Below are positions 1-11,940 of a stretch of 64,000 nt of DNA, piece after piece. Source of the DNA: Oculina patagonica. Its lineage: Eukaryota. Location of the stretch: contig NC_135758.1 of the NCBI RefSeq assembly GCF_052425735.1, forward strand, positions 10,230,001 to 10,294,000, in the 5' to 3' direction. A model generated the notes under the pieces. The model saw only the letters and a list, made by a program, of their open reading frames with translations. It had not been told where the DNA came from and did not search any database. Made by a program: the position numbers and the translations under genes. Positions within the stretch are counted from its first letter, which is position 1; every line of letters starts with the position of its first letter.

Positions 1-189
1 AAAGTCGTTTTTCTGATTCCTTTCAAACTGAAAGAAACCTCAAAATAATAGTTTTCTAACAGAGAAAAAAATAACCAAGAATGGTTTAGACTGAAAAAGA
101 ATAAGACAAATTTCGAACGACAAATTTGAAAAACTTTGCCATTTTTTTTTTCAAAATGTGTTGTCAGTGACGTAGCTTCTTTAAAAGGG

Positions 190-840
190 CGTGAGTACGT
201 GTCTATTGTGAGCAAGTGTTGAATTCACTGGTATTTTTTCACACGGAGTAAATCCTCCCTGAATATTCAAATAGAAATTCGTTAATGAGCAGTATGGTCC
301 AACTTGAAAATGGCCCGTTTGGGTATATTTTGAACTCACAAATTTCAATTGTTTTAATATTCACGCGTTAATATCCCCGTGAAAAGGAGGATTTTCCGGC
401 CAAATATGTGCGCGCTGGCGTCTACTGTGTCGAAGGCACAACTCTTTACACAGAGTAAATCCTCTCTGAATATCATACCAATACAAATTCGTAAATGAGC
501 AAAATGGTCCACCTTGAAAGTGGTAAGTATAGGTGGTTTTCAGCTGATTGACAAATTTCTTTTGTTATATATATACGTTAATATCTCGGTCAAAAGGAGA
601 GTTTCCCGGCCAATTATGTGCACGTTTGAAAGGGTGTAAGTCCGTGTCTGTTATGGTGTGAGTGTCGAAGTCACAAGTCTTTTCCACACTTAGTGATTCC
701 CCTCTGAATATTCAAACAATAGAAATTTGTTCGTGAGCAAAATGATCCACCTTGAAAATAGCCCGTTTGTGTAATTTTGAATTTATTTTAATTTATTAAC
801 AAACTACTATTGTTTTAATATTCACATGTTAATATCTCCG
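190..840. repeat. Degenerate tandem repeat, about 3 units of 205-240 bp
   Basis: The block agtaaatcctcYctgaatat...gaaattcgt..atgagca..atggtcca.cttgaaa recurs near 247, 454 and 692. Confidence 0.7.
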
Positions 841-1143
841 ACTGAAGTCTTCATTTAAATGACCCCCATGTTTTATTATCGAGTAATAAACAGCATGTTA
901 AAATACAACTTTTGGCAAATTTTAAAAAAAATATTCCTGGAAGTGGATTCAGTCTTTCTTTCAGTCTTTAAATCTTTGAACATTTAACTTCTATAGTGTT
1001 TCTCCGCGGATGAACACTATTGCGTCACGTGATTAATTGAAACCAATCAGAATCAGAGAAAATTCAGTGGTGAACTATAATTACTAATAATCGCTGATAA
1101 AATACGATCGCGCGCGTTCCTTTTTAAAGGGTCATTTCATGTA

Positions 1144-1289
1144 ATATATCAAACACGAGAGGCAGTGTTTCATCAGGATATCCAAACACCGAGAAGAGAG
1201 TTGAAAATACGACGTGCAGCGGAGTATTTTTGACGAAATTTGAGGTGTTTGGATAGCCGATGAAACACTGTCTCGAGTGCTTGATATAT
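1144..1289. repeat. Palindromic non-autonomous repeat, part of a larger element (~990-1570)
   Basis: Arms atatatcaaacacgagaggcagtgtttcatc and gatgaaacactgtctcgagtgcttgatatat. A second hairpin gtcaac...gttgac lies at ~1542-1566. Confidence 0.65.
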
Positions 1290-1575
1290 CTTCTCAATCG
1301 AAACAAAAACCAAGGAATAAACGGAGAAATAAAATCATAAAAATCTATGCTAATTAAGATCGGGTATCCAAACCACCGTCACGGTTATGATTTTCATTGT
1401 GTTAGCTTTATGAATTATTAATGAGTTTGAGAATATTATTTTCTTTTTTTTGGCTAAAATTAAAATTCTAGGTTTCGGACTTCAACCCCCAAGAGTTTCT
1501 ACTACAACAGTTAAACTCACCCTCGTTTTCTATGAGCGATAGTCAACTCTGCTGCGCCTCGTTGACTACGTTATA

Positions 1576-1778
1576 GTTACTTATTTTCGCGGGACTTAAT
1601 TTTCGCGATTTTTAAAAAATCGCGAAATTGAAAACTCGAGAAAATTTATTTCAAACGTTTACTATTGTATTTTTATGTTAATTACGTATTTTTGGCCAAA
1701 TCGCGAAAATTAAGTCCCGCGAAATATCCCGTTTCATTTTAGCGAAATTCAGTTCCCGCGAAAATAAGTGACAACAAG
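1576..1778. mobile_element. MITE rich in ttcgcg/cgcgaa motifs (same family as 8938-9445)
   Basis: Inverted ends acttattttcgcggga / tcccgcgaaaataagt. Confidence 0.6.
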
Positions 1779-2997
1779 AACATTGAGAAGCTTGAGAAGC
1801 TTAAAATCGGGCGCTTTGCCTTGAAAGGCAGGGTTCAGTACAGCAGAAACCACGAAGCAGTTACTTAAGTAGCACTCAGTCCGACTGTGTTTGTGTAAGT
1901 CACAGGGCTTGTATGAGCTGTATTAGTGTGCATAATATAATATCTAGAACGTTGTCGAGATTGCATTATTACTTAATGACATGATGGTTTCAATTTATAA
2001 ATGTATTTCACACAATACAAGTAAGCGATTGAAGTAGACGACTAGAAAATGTAAAGTTTCAAGACTTAGCAAAGTGCAGTGTATTGGTAATACTGTAAGG
2101 TGCGGTTTCACCTGAAGGTCGTGTGCTTTTCGGTATTTTCCAGGCATTGCACTTTGATGGGACAGTACTACAAGTGATGTAATGTATATGAAATGATCCA
2201 TATGATCCGGGGAACTACTATTGTCAAGAAAATGATCACAACTTGTTGATGAATGATCGAACATTTGTTTCATACCATTACTGTAATAGCAATTGATGAA
2301 GGCTTTTAGTCCTGAACCAAAGTATAAGGACTGGGAAATACTGAAACCCATTATCAGCCACCTTAAACGGAAATATCTTGTTGGTGTTTCAAGGAATCCA
2401 AGGAAACTTCACTCATCCCATGTATCTATGTATTGCGGTATTTTGTAATTTTTTGAGTAATTTTTGGGGATGTTTGGCAGGTGATAGTTTTTTTAAAAGA
2501 ATTAGTAAAATTTAGACAACTAAGAAATATTGAAAATTTGATGTGAATTTAACATTGGAATTTGAAGTTAGAAATTGGAAAACGGACACCAAACAGTCCC
2601 GTGATATCCTGGAGTGTTTTTGCATGGAGGTCAACTGTGTGATGATGTTTCCATTTTTTTCTTCAATCCCCACTGATAAAGAACTGTTGTTGGTGTTATG
2701 TTGGTGTTATCACATGTCAAGCCTTTAACAAGGTATGAAAGAACACAAGGATTTAAATTATTCTGGTGCTCAATTTTTGCGTAACTAAAATTAATGTTAC
2801 TCAAATTCCTGATGGATTCTGTCTTAAACTGTTACGAGCTTAGTATTTCCAAATTATTGCATGTCAATGTAAGGCAAGACAAGACATGCCTTGGTTCTTA
2901 TGTAATTCTCTTAAAAACATATAAGATATTGACTATAATTTTGTCTGTGCTATAGCAATTCACAGTGGGGTGGTCTTGATGTGTCTTTAACTTGTGG

Positions 2998-4273
2998 ACT
3001 GGACTGGACTGGACTAGTAAAACGCGGACTAGTAAAACGCGGACTTGTAAAACGCCTCTAGACACTTCCTTGGCCACAATCATCTTACGGCTCTCTTCAA
3101 TACATAATGTCTCAAAAAAACAGTAACCTCAGAAAGAAGTCAGAAGCAAATAAAATAAAAAAATAAAATAAAAAACTTTATTAACGTGTCTAAAGTGTTT
3201 AGCTGAGGGGAAAAGTCCCCTCTACTAATTGTAGACACCTGACTAAGAAAAAACTTTAAAAAAAACTTAAACCTATCATTATACAACTATTAATAATTTA
3301 AAGTTAAAATAAGTTAAAAAAGAAGCTATTTACATAATAAAAACGGGTAAAAAAAGTAAATCTATTTATATGATAAAAAAAGACTATATACATGGCTAGC
3401 TATTTACATAATAAAAACGGGTAAAATAAAAAAAATAAGGTCGAAAGACCGAATTTGAACATATAACGGCAAATGTTCTAATGTCACGAACGTTGGAGTC
3501 GTGTAGGCCCGTCACCTTTATTTACCACATACTGCCCCCAAATTAAAACAGTACCCTCAGAAAGAAGTCAGAAGCAAATAAGGTCGAAAGACCGAATTTA
3601 AACATTTAACGGCAAATATTCTAATGTCACGAACGTAGAAGTCGTGTAGGCCCGTCACCTTTATTTACCATTGACTGTTGATTTCTGGACGGGCCCCGTT
3701 CTACCTCGTGCGAGCAATACAAACGACTGCACTCAACAGACGTCAAGTAGTGGAAAGAAAGAAACATATGCACACAACTCATAGCATCAATCCCGTTGTT
3801 TTAGTAGGGGTTTGCAGAACGAACATGTGCTATACTGCAAAAACATCTCCACGGTAAAACAGACCATAGAGTGCTCAAAAAAGCTAGAAATATGCCGTCG
3901 AAGAAACACACAAGAGCTTCAAACACAAATTGCTTCGCTCGCTAAACCGTTTAGTTTTATCCGATTTACAAGCGCTTGTTTTACAAGTCCGCGTTCTACA
4001 AGTCCGCGTTTTACTAGTCCGCGTTTTACAAGTCCGCGTTTTACTAGTCCGCGTTTTACTAGTCCGCGTTTTACAAGTCCGCGTTTTACTAGTCCGCGTT
4101 TTCTAGTCCGCCTTTTACAAGTCCGCGTTTTACCTGAGTCCTTGTTTTACTAGTCCTCGTTTTACAAGTCCACGTTTTACTAGTCCGCGTTATACTAGTC
4201 CGCGTTTTACAAGTCCGCGTTTTACTAGTCCGCGTTTTACTAGTCCAGTCAAGTCCTCGAAATACAGTATGCC
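2998..4273. mobile_element. Non-autonomous DNA element with inverted arrays of a 15-bp minisatellite
   Basis: (actagtaaaacgcgg)n at ~3013-3057 and the inverted (ttttactagtccgcg)n at ~3975-4245, both bounded by ggact pentamers. The right end is gaaatacagtatgcc and the left end looks truncated. Confidence 0.65.
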
Positions 4274-5818
4274 AAAACTCCCCGCCCTCTAAAGATAAGT
4301 CCTTGACGGTTCTTGTCGTTTTTCGGTGCCTATTCATCTTCGGCATCTTTCTCATCCACCTCTCGTTCTGTCCTGTGTCTGTCATCACACGAAAGAAAAG
4401 CTGATTCTCAAAAAAATGCCACAAAAGGAAATTGACAAAAACAATATGAAAACCATATATCGAAAGTTTCTTATTCTAAAATTTTATCATACGTCTTAAT
4501 TCAGAGCTACAAAGAAGTTCCTCCTTTTGAGTTATTGATACTGTTCTTACAGTACCTCTTTCCACTAGCGAAATTTTACAAAATTCCTTCGCGGCGAAAA
4601 GGTAGCGCGAATCCAGAACAGACTCCAATCGAGAGTGGGTTAATTCTAGATTACTATTAATTAACTATTACAACATTCATTTTTAAAATAGTTTCCCAAG
4701 CCGACTAAGCTAACTAAACGTCGAGTGTATCTTTCAGTAAACAAAACATGCCGTTATGACGCCGGAAATCCAGCTCACGCATACTATACCCCGTGACTCA
4801 CGCAAACCTCCGACTTACGTGCTACTACAGTCATTCCTTTCTAAACATTTTTTTTTTACCACCACCGTACCTTTCTACCCAAAAAACTCATGAAACCGCC
4901 CGGTTTTAACCTGTTTTAACCTTTCAAAAATTAGAGCGTTCGAAACTAAATAAGATCCGTAATCACAAACAACATACAGCCGTTTACCAGCACTCTTTAA
5001 AACTCCTGAAACCCTTCAAAATCAGGCAAAATAAATCTTTGAAATAACCTTTATCAATGTTTCTAAGTTTTTATTCAGTTCTATAAAATGCCTTTCATAC
5101 ACTACTGTCAAACAAAAATTTCAATTTCCTCAGTTTGAAGACAAAAGAATACCAAATATTTCGTGCACAATGTAATTTGATTAAGCCAATATTATCACGT
5201 CTAAAAATACTTCAAGCAATTCAGTGAAAACCCGTTTTTTTTTTTCGTATCAACGAAAACCACTTTCGAATAATCAATACATGAAAATAACAATAAGATC
5301 AAAAGGAAGAAAGGAACCTTCAAAGCCGTGATATTATGCATCCAATCCGCGATAAAATTTAATTACAACAAAATCCAAGTTCTCATTTTGAAGTCCATTT
5401 TTTTCAGTTGATACCTTTATCCAACTTGTGAAAAATTCCATTCAAGTTCCTATTAATACTGTACATTCCCAATGTTTTGCTCAGGTCTTCAGAAGCGTCT
5501 TACTAACCAAATCTAAAATAATTCCAAAACATGCTGTACAAACATTCTACTCTTTGTGACAAACGACTTGACGACCAATTGTTCAGAAATGAAAATCGAC
5601 ACAGTTCTTGCTAAATAAAAAAAAAAGTTTTACGGCGGAGTCAGGCTCAAAAAATATACCGCAAGATCACACCTCCATTCATAGTCAAAAACCAGCAAAC
5701 CATCTAGTTTGCTAAAAAAAACACTGCGTGACATCAATGACGTTACCTTTTTCATTTACAAAAATAACTTTAACTTGTCAAAGTAAGTGCAATTTCACAA
5801 TTATGGTGAATAACAGAA

Positions 5819-6871
5819 CAGTATGGGGCCCAGTTCTCGGCCGGGTCCAGTTCTCGGCCACTTTGTGTTTAACGCGTTTTTTCACACTCCAGTTGAATTA
5901 AAAGAAAAAGGTATTTCCTTCAAACGATCGACTGATTCATGTGCTTTAAGTATCTTGAGTTGGATCGTTCAATTCGATATAGAAAGCTCACACGTCGAGT
6001 TTACGCGGAGGTAGGTGAATTTGCATTCCCGAAAAATTTGTTTGTTTACGGCTCCTTAAAATTCATGGATGTAGTTAAATTCGTATTTTATCCAAAAGCC
6101 CCCACCATACGAGCTAATTTTTGGCATGTGAAACGTAGAATAATTCAGCTTTCTGCTTTAGTTAACTTTTCGTTGAACCGTTGTATTTTTTGGTCTTAAT
6201 TTACTTCGAAATTTTTTCTTGCGACGTTTGCGTATTTGCCAGTTCTCGGCCACCCTGCTCGCTATCACAGCTTAGCGCTTGGTTTTTAATATAATTTCAT
6301 CTGCTGCTGCCAGAATGAAAGAAATAAATGTTTTAAAAATAAAGTTCAATCTTATCTCTAAGTTTTGAGCTGACTCTTGTCTTGTCTATTATTTCTACAA
6401 CACCTAAATCTTTCAAGACCTTTTCACTGCAAAATAAACCATCTAAATGCACGGGTCACACAATGCGGTTTTGCCAGAACCTGCACATAGGCAACTAGGC
6501 GCGTTAAAATCCTTCTTTTCTAAAGTAAAAAAAAGCCTCATAAAAATAATTTGGGATCGATATAACATAAATAGGTATACAGAGTGATTTTATGACTGTG
6601 AAAATTAATTGAGCATTTTTTTTACAGATAATTACGCACAAGCTTTTTAGTGGCCGAGAACTGGGCCAAGGTGGCCGAGAACTGGGCCCACAAATGGAGC
6701 TTTTATTTTTATTATTGCTCGGGCAAATTAATTTTTGATCGATCGATAGCTTTACACCAAAAAGCTGTATAATGTAGCTAGCTCTGGGAGAAATTTCAAG
6801 TTCCTGCGGTTCTTCTGAGGTAAGAAATACAAGTTTACGTCAAAAGTGGCCGAGAACTGGGCCCCATACTG
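5819..6871. mobile_element. Non-autonomous Tc1/mariner(pogo)-like element, about 1.05 kb
   Basis: Perfect 24-bp TIRs CAGTATGGGGCCCAGTTCTCGGCC, with internal repeats of ccagttctcggcc. TA on the right flank, AA on the left. Confidence 0.75.
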
Positions 6872-7242
6872 TACTTTGCCCCGTAAGCTTTTTTCTCTGT
6901 CCTTCCGCCGAAGCAAAAAAACACAACCTGATTACACATTAACCCAAAAGTCGACCAAGTGTGCCTGCAACGATTTCCTGTCAAAACTAAAATGAAAACC
7001 ATTGCGGTATGCGTCACCCGTAGCGGTTTTGTAGCAACCCCAAGCTATCCCCGTCTTTTTGGCCGCGCCAGGAGACTACGCTCTAGGACGACCAAAGGGT
7101 AAACTATAAATCGGCCACGCCCGATTAATAAGGTATTCGTTCACAAAAAACTCGTGCTCGTAGTCTAATTGTTAAATATAATATACCGAAAAAGTAAAAA
7201 AAAAATCAGCTATCGCCTCAGCGATTTAAATGGAGTATTTTC

Positions 7243-8208
7243 TCATAAGTGAGTGTCATAGACTTCTAGAGCATTGTTTGAAGGGTTCATTTCTATGTTT
7301 CTCGCTTGTCTTTCGACCGCCCTTGGAATATTGTTCACTGTTCTCACTCTCAGCATTCTGTAATAAAGGAAGGGGTTCACCACATAGTTAAAACTCGACA
7401 ATGTTAATGTAATGATAAGAGTACTAACCAGTGAGTCTCCAGGATTTGTACCAAATTCAGCTAGAGGGAAACAAACAAAGAGAGGCGACCAACACACTAG
7501 AAAAACTCCACAGATCTTGTAATTCAGCCATGTTAGTTTATTTTCTTGGCGCCTGTGTCGGCTGTTTGATTCTGGCAAGGGAGACGAACGCAGCCTTTTT
7601 ATGATGCGACATGCTGTAATGACAATTATAAGCACAGAAGCTATGTTACTGGACAGGGTGAGAATTCTCACATAAACAAATACTGGATCTTTGCCTTTTA
7701 TCTTCGGAATAACGCCACATGGCTCGAATTGATAATAAACTGATTGGAAGATTATGAAAGACGTTAAAACTAAGGTCCCAATCCATGAGGTAGCTATGAC
7801 TTTTTTGATATTTCTTCTTGTCATGCGTCGGTTATATGGACGTAAAACACAATCCTGTCGGTCGATTGCCATTAAAGATAAAGTCACTGCATTGAGAATA
7901 CCGCAAGCAAATCCGCTTGGCACCATAATATAACAAGCGACATTAGCAGACGCTGGGCTGTCTAAAAGATGAATAATTATCACCATCACTAAACGGGGAA
8001 TCAGGCTCAACAAGGATGACAAGATGCCATTCACCGCTAGACTGGCGAATAAAAAGTGTGTGACCTGGCGTAGATCTGAACGCTTTCTAAGGAGAAGGCA
8101 GACAGAAGCGTTTCCTAGAAATCCAGCTAAAATGGAAATTGTTAACAATGTAACATCAGTGATTACAATACTCGGGGCGATGCGATTTTCTGAAGTTGAG
8201 TGATTCAT
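7243..8208 (-). CDS. Intronless rhodopsin-like (class A) GPCR, 321 aa, orphan
   Basis: Starts MNHSTSEN (N-glycosylation site). Seven hydrophobic segments with TM1 GN, TM3 AIDRQ (DRY-like), TM4 W, TM6 CWSP and TM7 NPFLY. Confidence 0.9.
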   Translation of the reverse strand: MNHSTSENRIAPSIVITDVTLLTISILAGFLGNASVCLLLRKRSDLRQVTHFLFASLAVNGILSSLLSLIPRLVMVIIIHLLDSPASANVACYIMVPSGFACGILNAVTLSLMAIDRQDCVLRPYNRRMTRRNIKKVIATSWIGTLVLTSFIIFQSVYYQFEPCGVIPKIKGKDPVFVYVRILTLSSNIASVLIIVITACRIIKRLRSSPLPESNSRHRRQENKLTWLNYKICGVFLVCWSPLFVCFPLAEFGTNPGDSLVSTLIITLTLSSFNYVVNPFLYYRMLRVRTVNNIPRAVERQARNIEMNPSNNALEVYDTHL

Positions 8209-8937
8209 TCCGTCAAGTGCTGAGTTCAGTTTCGTTTTCTGTGAAGACTTGATTGATATCCTCTGCCGGACGAATTTGCTTTCCCCTCTGTTTACTGCTT
8301 TTACGATTTTCCTGCTTTTCGTGTTTTCGTTTTGGATTTTCCTGTTTTCCGGTGTTCTCGTTTTGGATCTTTTTTTGCGACTTACTCGCCAGGAAAAGTA
8401 GCAGATTTTGCCTTGCAAAAAAATTCTTCTCACTTTTCGGTGTTTTGGCTCCGTGATTTTTCCGTCGATGGTTTGCTTGCGCGCTAGAAACACTAAGCAG
8501 CAAATGGAAATTTGCAGGCTCTGTACGTAATGTTTTCAATAGAAGGCTAAACAACAGAAATACACATAATACCGACATCATCAGCTGCAGGCATTATCTC
8601 GATTTTCATTCTTCAAGAGACAATGTTCACAGACCAACTTCCCCCCCCCCCCCCCCCCACCTCCCACCCCAATCTTTTAATTTTTCGTGGATGTTTCAAA
8701 ACTGACAGTTGCGATGGCGAAGAATTTATCGAACATACAGCTAAGGTAAACAGCTACAGAATTCGGAGCATTGCCGTGCCTCAAGCTCAGGACAAGCCGG
8801 CTATACCTTCCGGATCAAGATAAAAGAAGCTTTGCACATCCTGTTGGAAAACCATTCCCTTAATCAGCAACTTCAACGCATTTTCAATTTCTATGTATGC
8901 GTACTCACTGGCAGTGATCAGCAGTTGTTTATTATTT

Positions 8938-9445
8938 ACCTTATTCTTACTTATTTTCGCGAGTACTAATTTTCGCGATTTTCGCGATTTCAAAATAATC
9001 GCGAAATTTAGTACGCGCGAAGAAAACATCGCGCGAAATTTAAACACGCGAAATTAATACCATATTATATATCAAAAAACAAAAATTTTAAATGTTTAGA
9101 ACTAAGACTATCTACCATTGAAAGTATCTTTCCATCTTGTTTTTGACTAGCACCCTTCCTCTGATTACTGTTTCGCTCTTGTAAATTACCCAAAACCTCT
9201 TAAGTACAGTCAGCAAAATTTCCATTTGCAGGCTCCTTGTAGTTACATTGAGTTAGACCTTTGTACATTTCCAATAGTTCCTTTATAGTCTTTGACGACT
9301 GCTCCATAAAACTCTGACAAAAATCGCGAAATTTAATACACTTTTTCTCTATTTTTTCTTGCAATCGCGAAAATTAATACTCGCGAAATTCGGCTCTCGA
9401 ACTTTCGCGAAATTAAGTACGCGCGAAAATTGGTAAGAAATAGGT
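8938..9445. mobile_element. MITE (ttcgcg-rich family)
   Basis: Ends accttattcttacttattttcgcgagtact and agtacgcgcgaaaattggtaagaaataggt. Confidence 0.65.
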
Positions 9446-11304
9446 GTCACATATACGCCGTGACAGTAAAACTAGCAAATACTTGCCAGATCTGATATTT
9501 GCCTTCAACCAACGAAATATGCCAACATTCGTCACGTGGTAGAATCATATATCAGAACAAACATGCGATCGCATCAAAGAGAAATCCCTCCCCTTCCGTC
9601 TCGGACCGACCCCCTGTAACGCAGCATTTATCCAAGAATGACTCCAAAAATTGTCGGGAAATAGATAAATAACTAACTAAATAAATAATAAATATATATA
9701 TATATATATAAAAGTGTGATTCCAGACAGCTTATGCAGGCGCGCGTTTTAGGGAGTTCTTTGAAGTTACCGATCGTCGAAATAAATGCCAGAAAAACGAA
9801 CCTGCGCATGCTCATTGGAAATACGTAAAGTTCGGCCGAGTACCAAAAAACCTCTTAACCTTTCTAACTCATGAGTTGAGACAATATGACGGTTAGTTGA
9901 AGCTAAATAAAAATAAACACTTCAAACAGAAGCATAAAAGAAAATTTGCATCCAACGTGGTAGCCGTTTATACTACCTTTGCCGATTCCTTTTTGCATTA
10001 TCATTATCGCCTTGCATTGCTCTCAATGATGAACATATTCTAGTGGGTTAAAATAATTGCCAAAAAACAGAGGCACAACGAGGTTTCAGCCAACACTTGA
10101 ATCTATACGCACGTTTGATTAATTTCGCTTATTGTTGTTCGGTATTCGAAACTCGAATTTGCATGCAAGCAAACTAATCCCTTTGAATTCTGTTTATTAT
10201 TGACGCTGTAGTATAAACGACAAATTCTGAGCTACAAATAACTGTGAGACTTGACTGAAAGGTTGTACAACAAACAAAATGCCCGCAAAAGTACTTTTGA
10301 ATATTCAATTAATCCGGTTTCACGGCCAGATTTCGGGACACCCTGTGCGAATCTGGACCGCCAAAGAACTCAAAAGAGCTTACTAAGCATTGTTTTGAAG
10401 GAAGCCTTTTGAAAGCAGCGCTAAAACTGAAAGCGATCTTAACCGCGCTTGCAAGGCAATTGACTCGCCAATGAAAAAAAAAAAATCAAAATCGCAACAA
10501 AGAAAGCCTTCGGTTCGGTTGAAAAACCCCTTCCCTTATCTCAAGATATTGGCCTTCAGCAAGTTTCAGCTCGATGGAATCTAGTCATTCAAACGTTTGC
10601 ATTTTCAAACCGATGATAATCGTGCCGCTACTGGCGGCAACGAAATAATATAAAAACATTCAAGGCAAGAAAATTACCATAGATTCTTTATTATTTACAT
10701 TTTATGTAGTTTCACAACGTTTCGGTCAATCTTCACACATCGGTAAGAGCCACTTGCTTTTTACACAAAAGCTTTCGATATAAGGAGCTCATTGCTCTTT
10801 AGAACTTATGTTGAATACATAAGAAAGCGTACAGTTGTTTTTAACATGCAATGACACTCTCATCTACCGATATTCACACTCTGAACAAACGGTACACGTA
10901 TTTCATTAAAAAGATCCCGCACGAGAACAAGACTGAGATGTCAATCTATTCTATTCGGTGTCAGTTTGTTTACAATTTGTCGTATAATTTAATATTCGCC
11001 CAGTGCACTTAAAATTTTTTTTAATAGTAGTATTAACATACCACGGGGCAAAACTAGTTACTATGAGTTACACTTCACCCTAAATGCAAGATATTAGCTC
11101 GTTTAATTTACTCGCGCGTTCGTAACACGCTAAATACACAACCAAACCATAAAATTTACATTTGCTGTGAAAACTATTCTTTCGTTTTAGAAGCGAGCAG
11201 ACTCGCTTTTCAGTTCATGAGGTTTTGTTTATCACCTGTTTATAAGTCATATCCAATTTGGAATTTTATAATGTCTTCTAATCCATGAAAACATCCACAG
11301 TTTT

Positions 11305-11517
11305 TCACGGTGAAAGCCAGAGTAACTTATCCGTGGAGGCACGCAATATGCTTTGCACGCCAGCAAAACAATTGAAGTATGGCTTTTGTTGTGCAATAGC
11401 TTGCTTGCTTTCGGTCTCCGCCATTTGATTATTGTTAGATTCCATTTTCTTTCCAGCCAAAGCGGCGTTCATCTTTAGTCGTCTAACGTACACTGAACTG
11501 ATAGGAACGGACGACAT
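11305..11517 (-). CDS. Candidate small protein (70 aa) with a spliced 5' UTR
   Basis: ATG lies 8 nt after a canonical 84-nt intron (11526-11609: AAG|GTAAGC, CTAAT branch point, tcttcgttccctcAG). Promoter motifs at ~11780-11940 and AATAAA on the minus strand near 10690. Confidence 0.55.
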   Translation of the reverse strand: MSSVPISSVYVRRLKMNAALAGKKMESNNNQMAETESKQAIAQQKPYFNCFAGVQSILRASTDKLLWLSP

Positions 11518-11779
11518 ATTTCTGCCTGAGGGAACGAAGATTGTCGATTAGCATCATACATTGATGGCGGGGTAAATGATATAAGCATTCGCTTAGACTC
11601 GAAGCTTACCTTAATTTTCTGATTCCTTTCTGGGGTATCTTTGCGCGTATTTCTTTCGTTAAAATTGTGGTTTCCAAGTTGCTACGATTTCCAATTCACA
11701 GCATGAAAAGACAGTTGGAAATAGCCGCGAAATTCAACCAATCTGAAGTCACAGGTTCCACGAAAAAGTCCTTGACAAA

Positions 11780-11940
11780 ACACGCCATCTTGCTCTGACC
11801 AAGGCGATCACAAAGCGCCCTCTGCAAATTTCGAAAGGTCCGAGAAGCTAAGTAAATAATCCTTTACAATGACGTAAGCACCGGCCAACAGCCAATCACA
11901 TTGCGATACGCGATGAACTTTATCCCCGGGACACGTGAAG
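11780..11940. promoter_or_regulatory. Promoter motif cluster (YY1-like, CRE/ATF-like, CCAAT, E-box)
   Basis: gccatctt at ~11784, TGACGTAA at 11870, CCAAT at 11892, CACGTG at 11932. Confidence 0.45.

Noticed and set aside
1995-2400. 118-aa ORF or decayed coding sequence
   Set aside because: No recognisable motif or consistent splice structure could be supported on either strand.
3812-4424. ORFs with FTSPR / TRTSK repeats, or a CRISPR-like array
   Set aside because: These are translations of a 15-bp minisatellite. There are no unique spacers and the context is eukaryotic.
8209-8493. 95-aa basic N-terminal extension of the GPCR in the ORF track
   Set aside because: It has a non-ATG start and derives from low-complexity gaaaa-rich sequence. 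MNHS at 8208 is a normal GPCR start.
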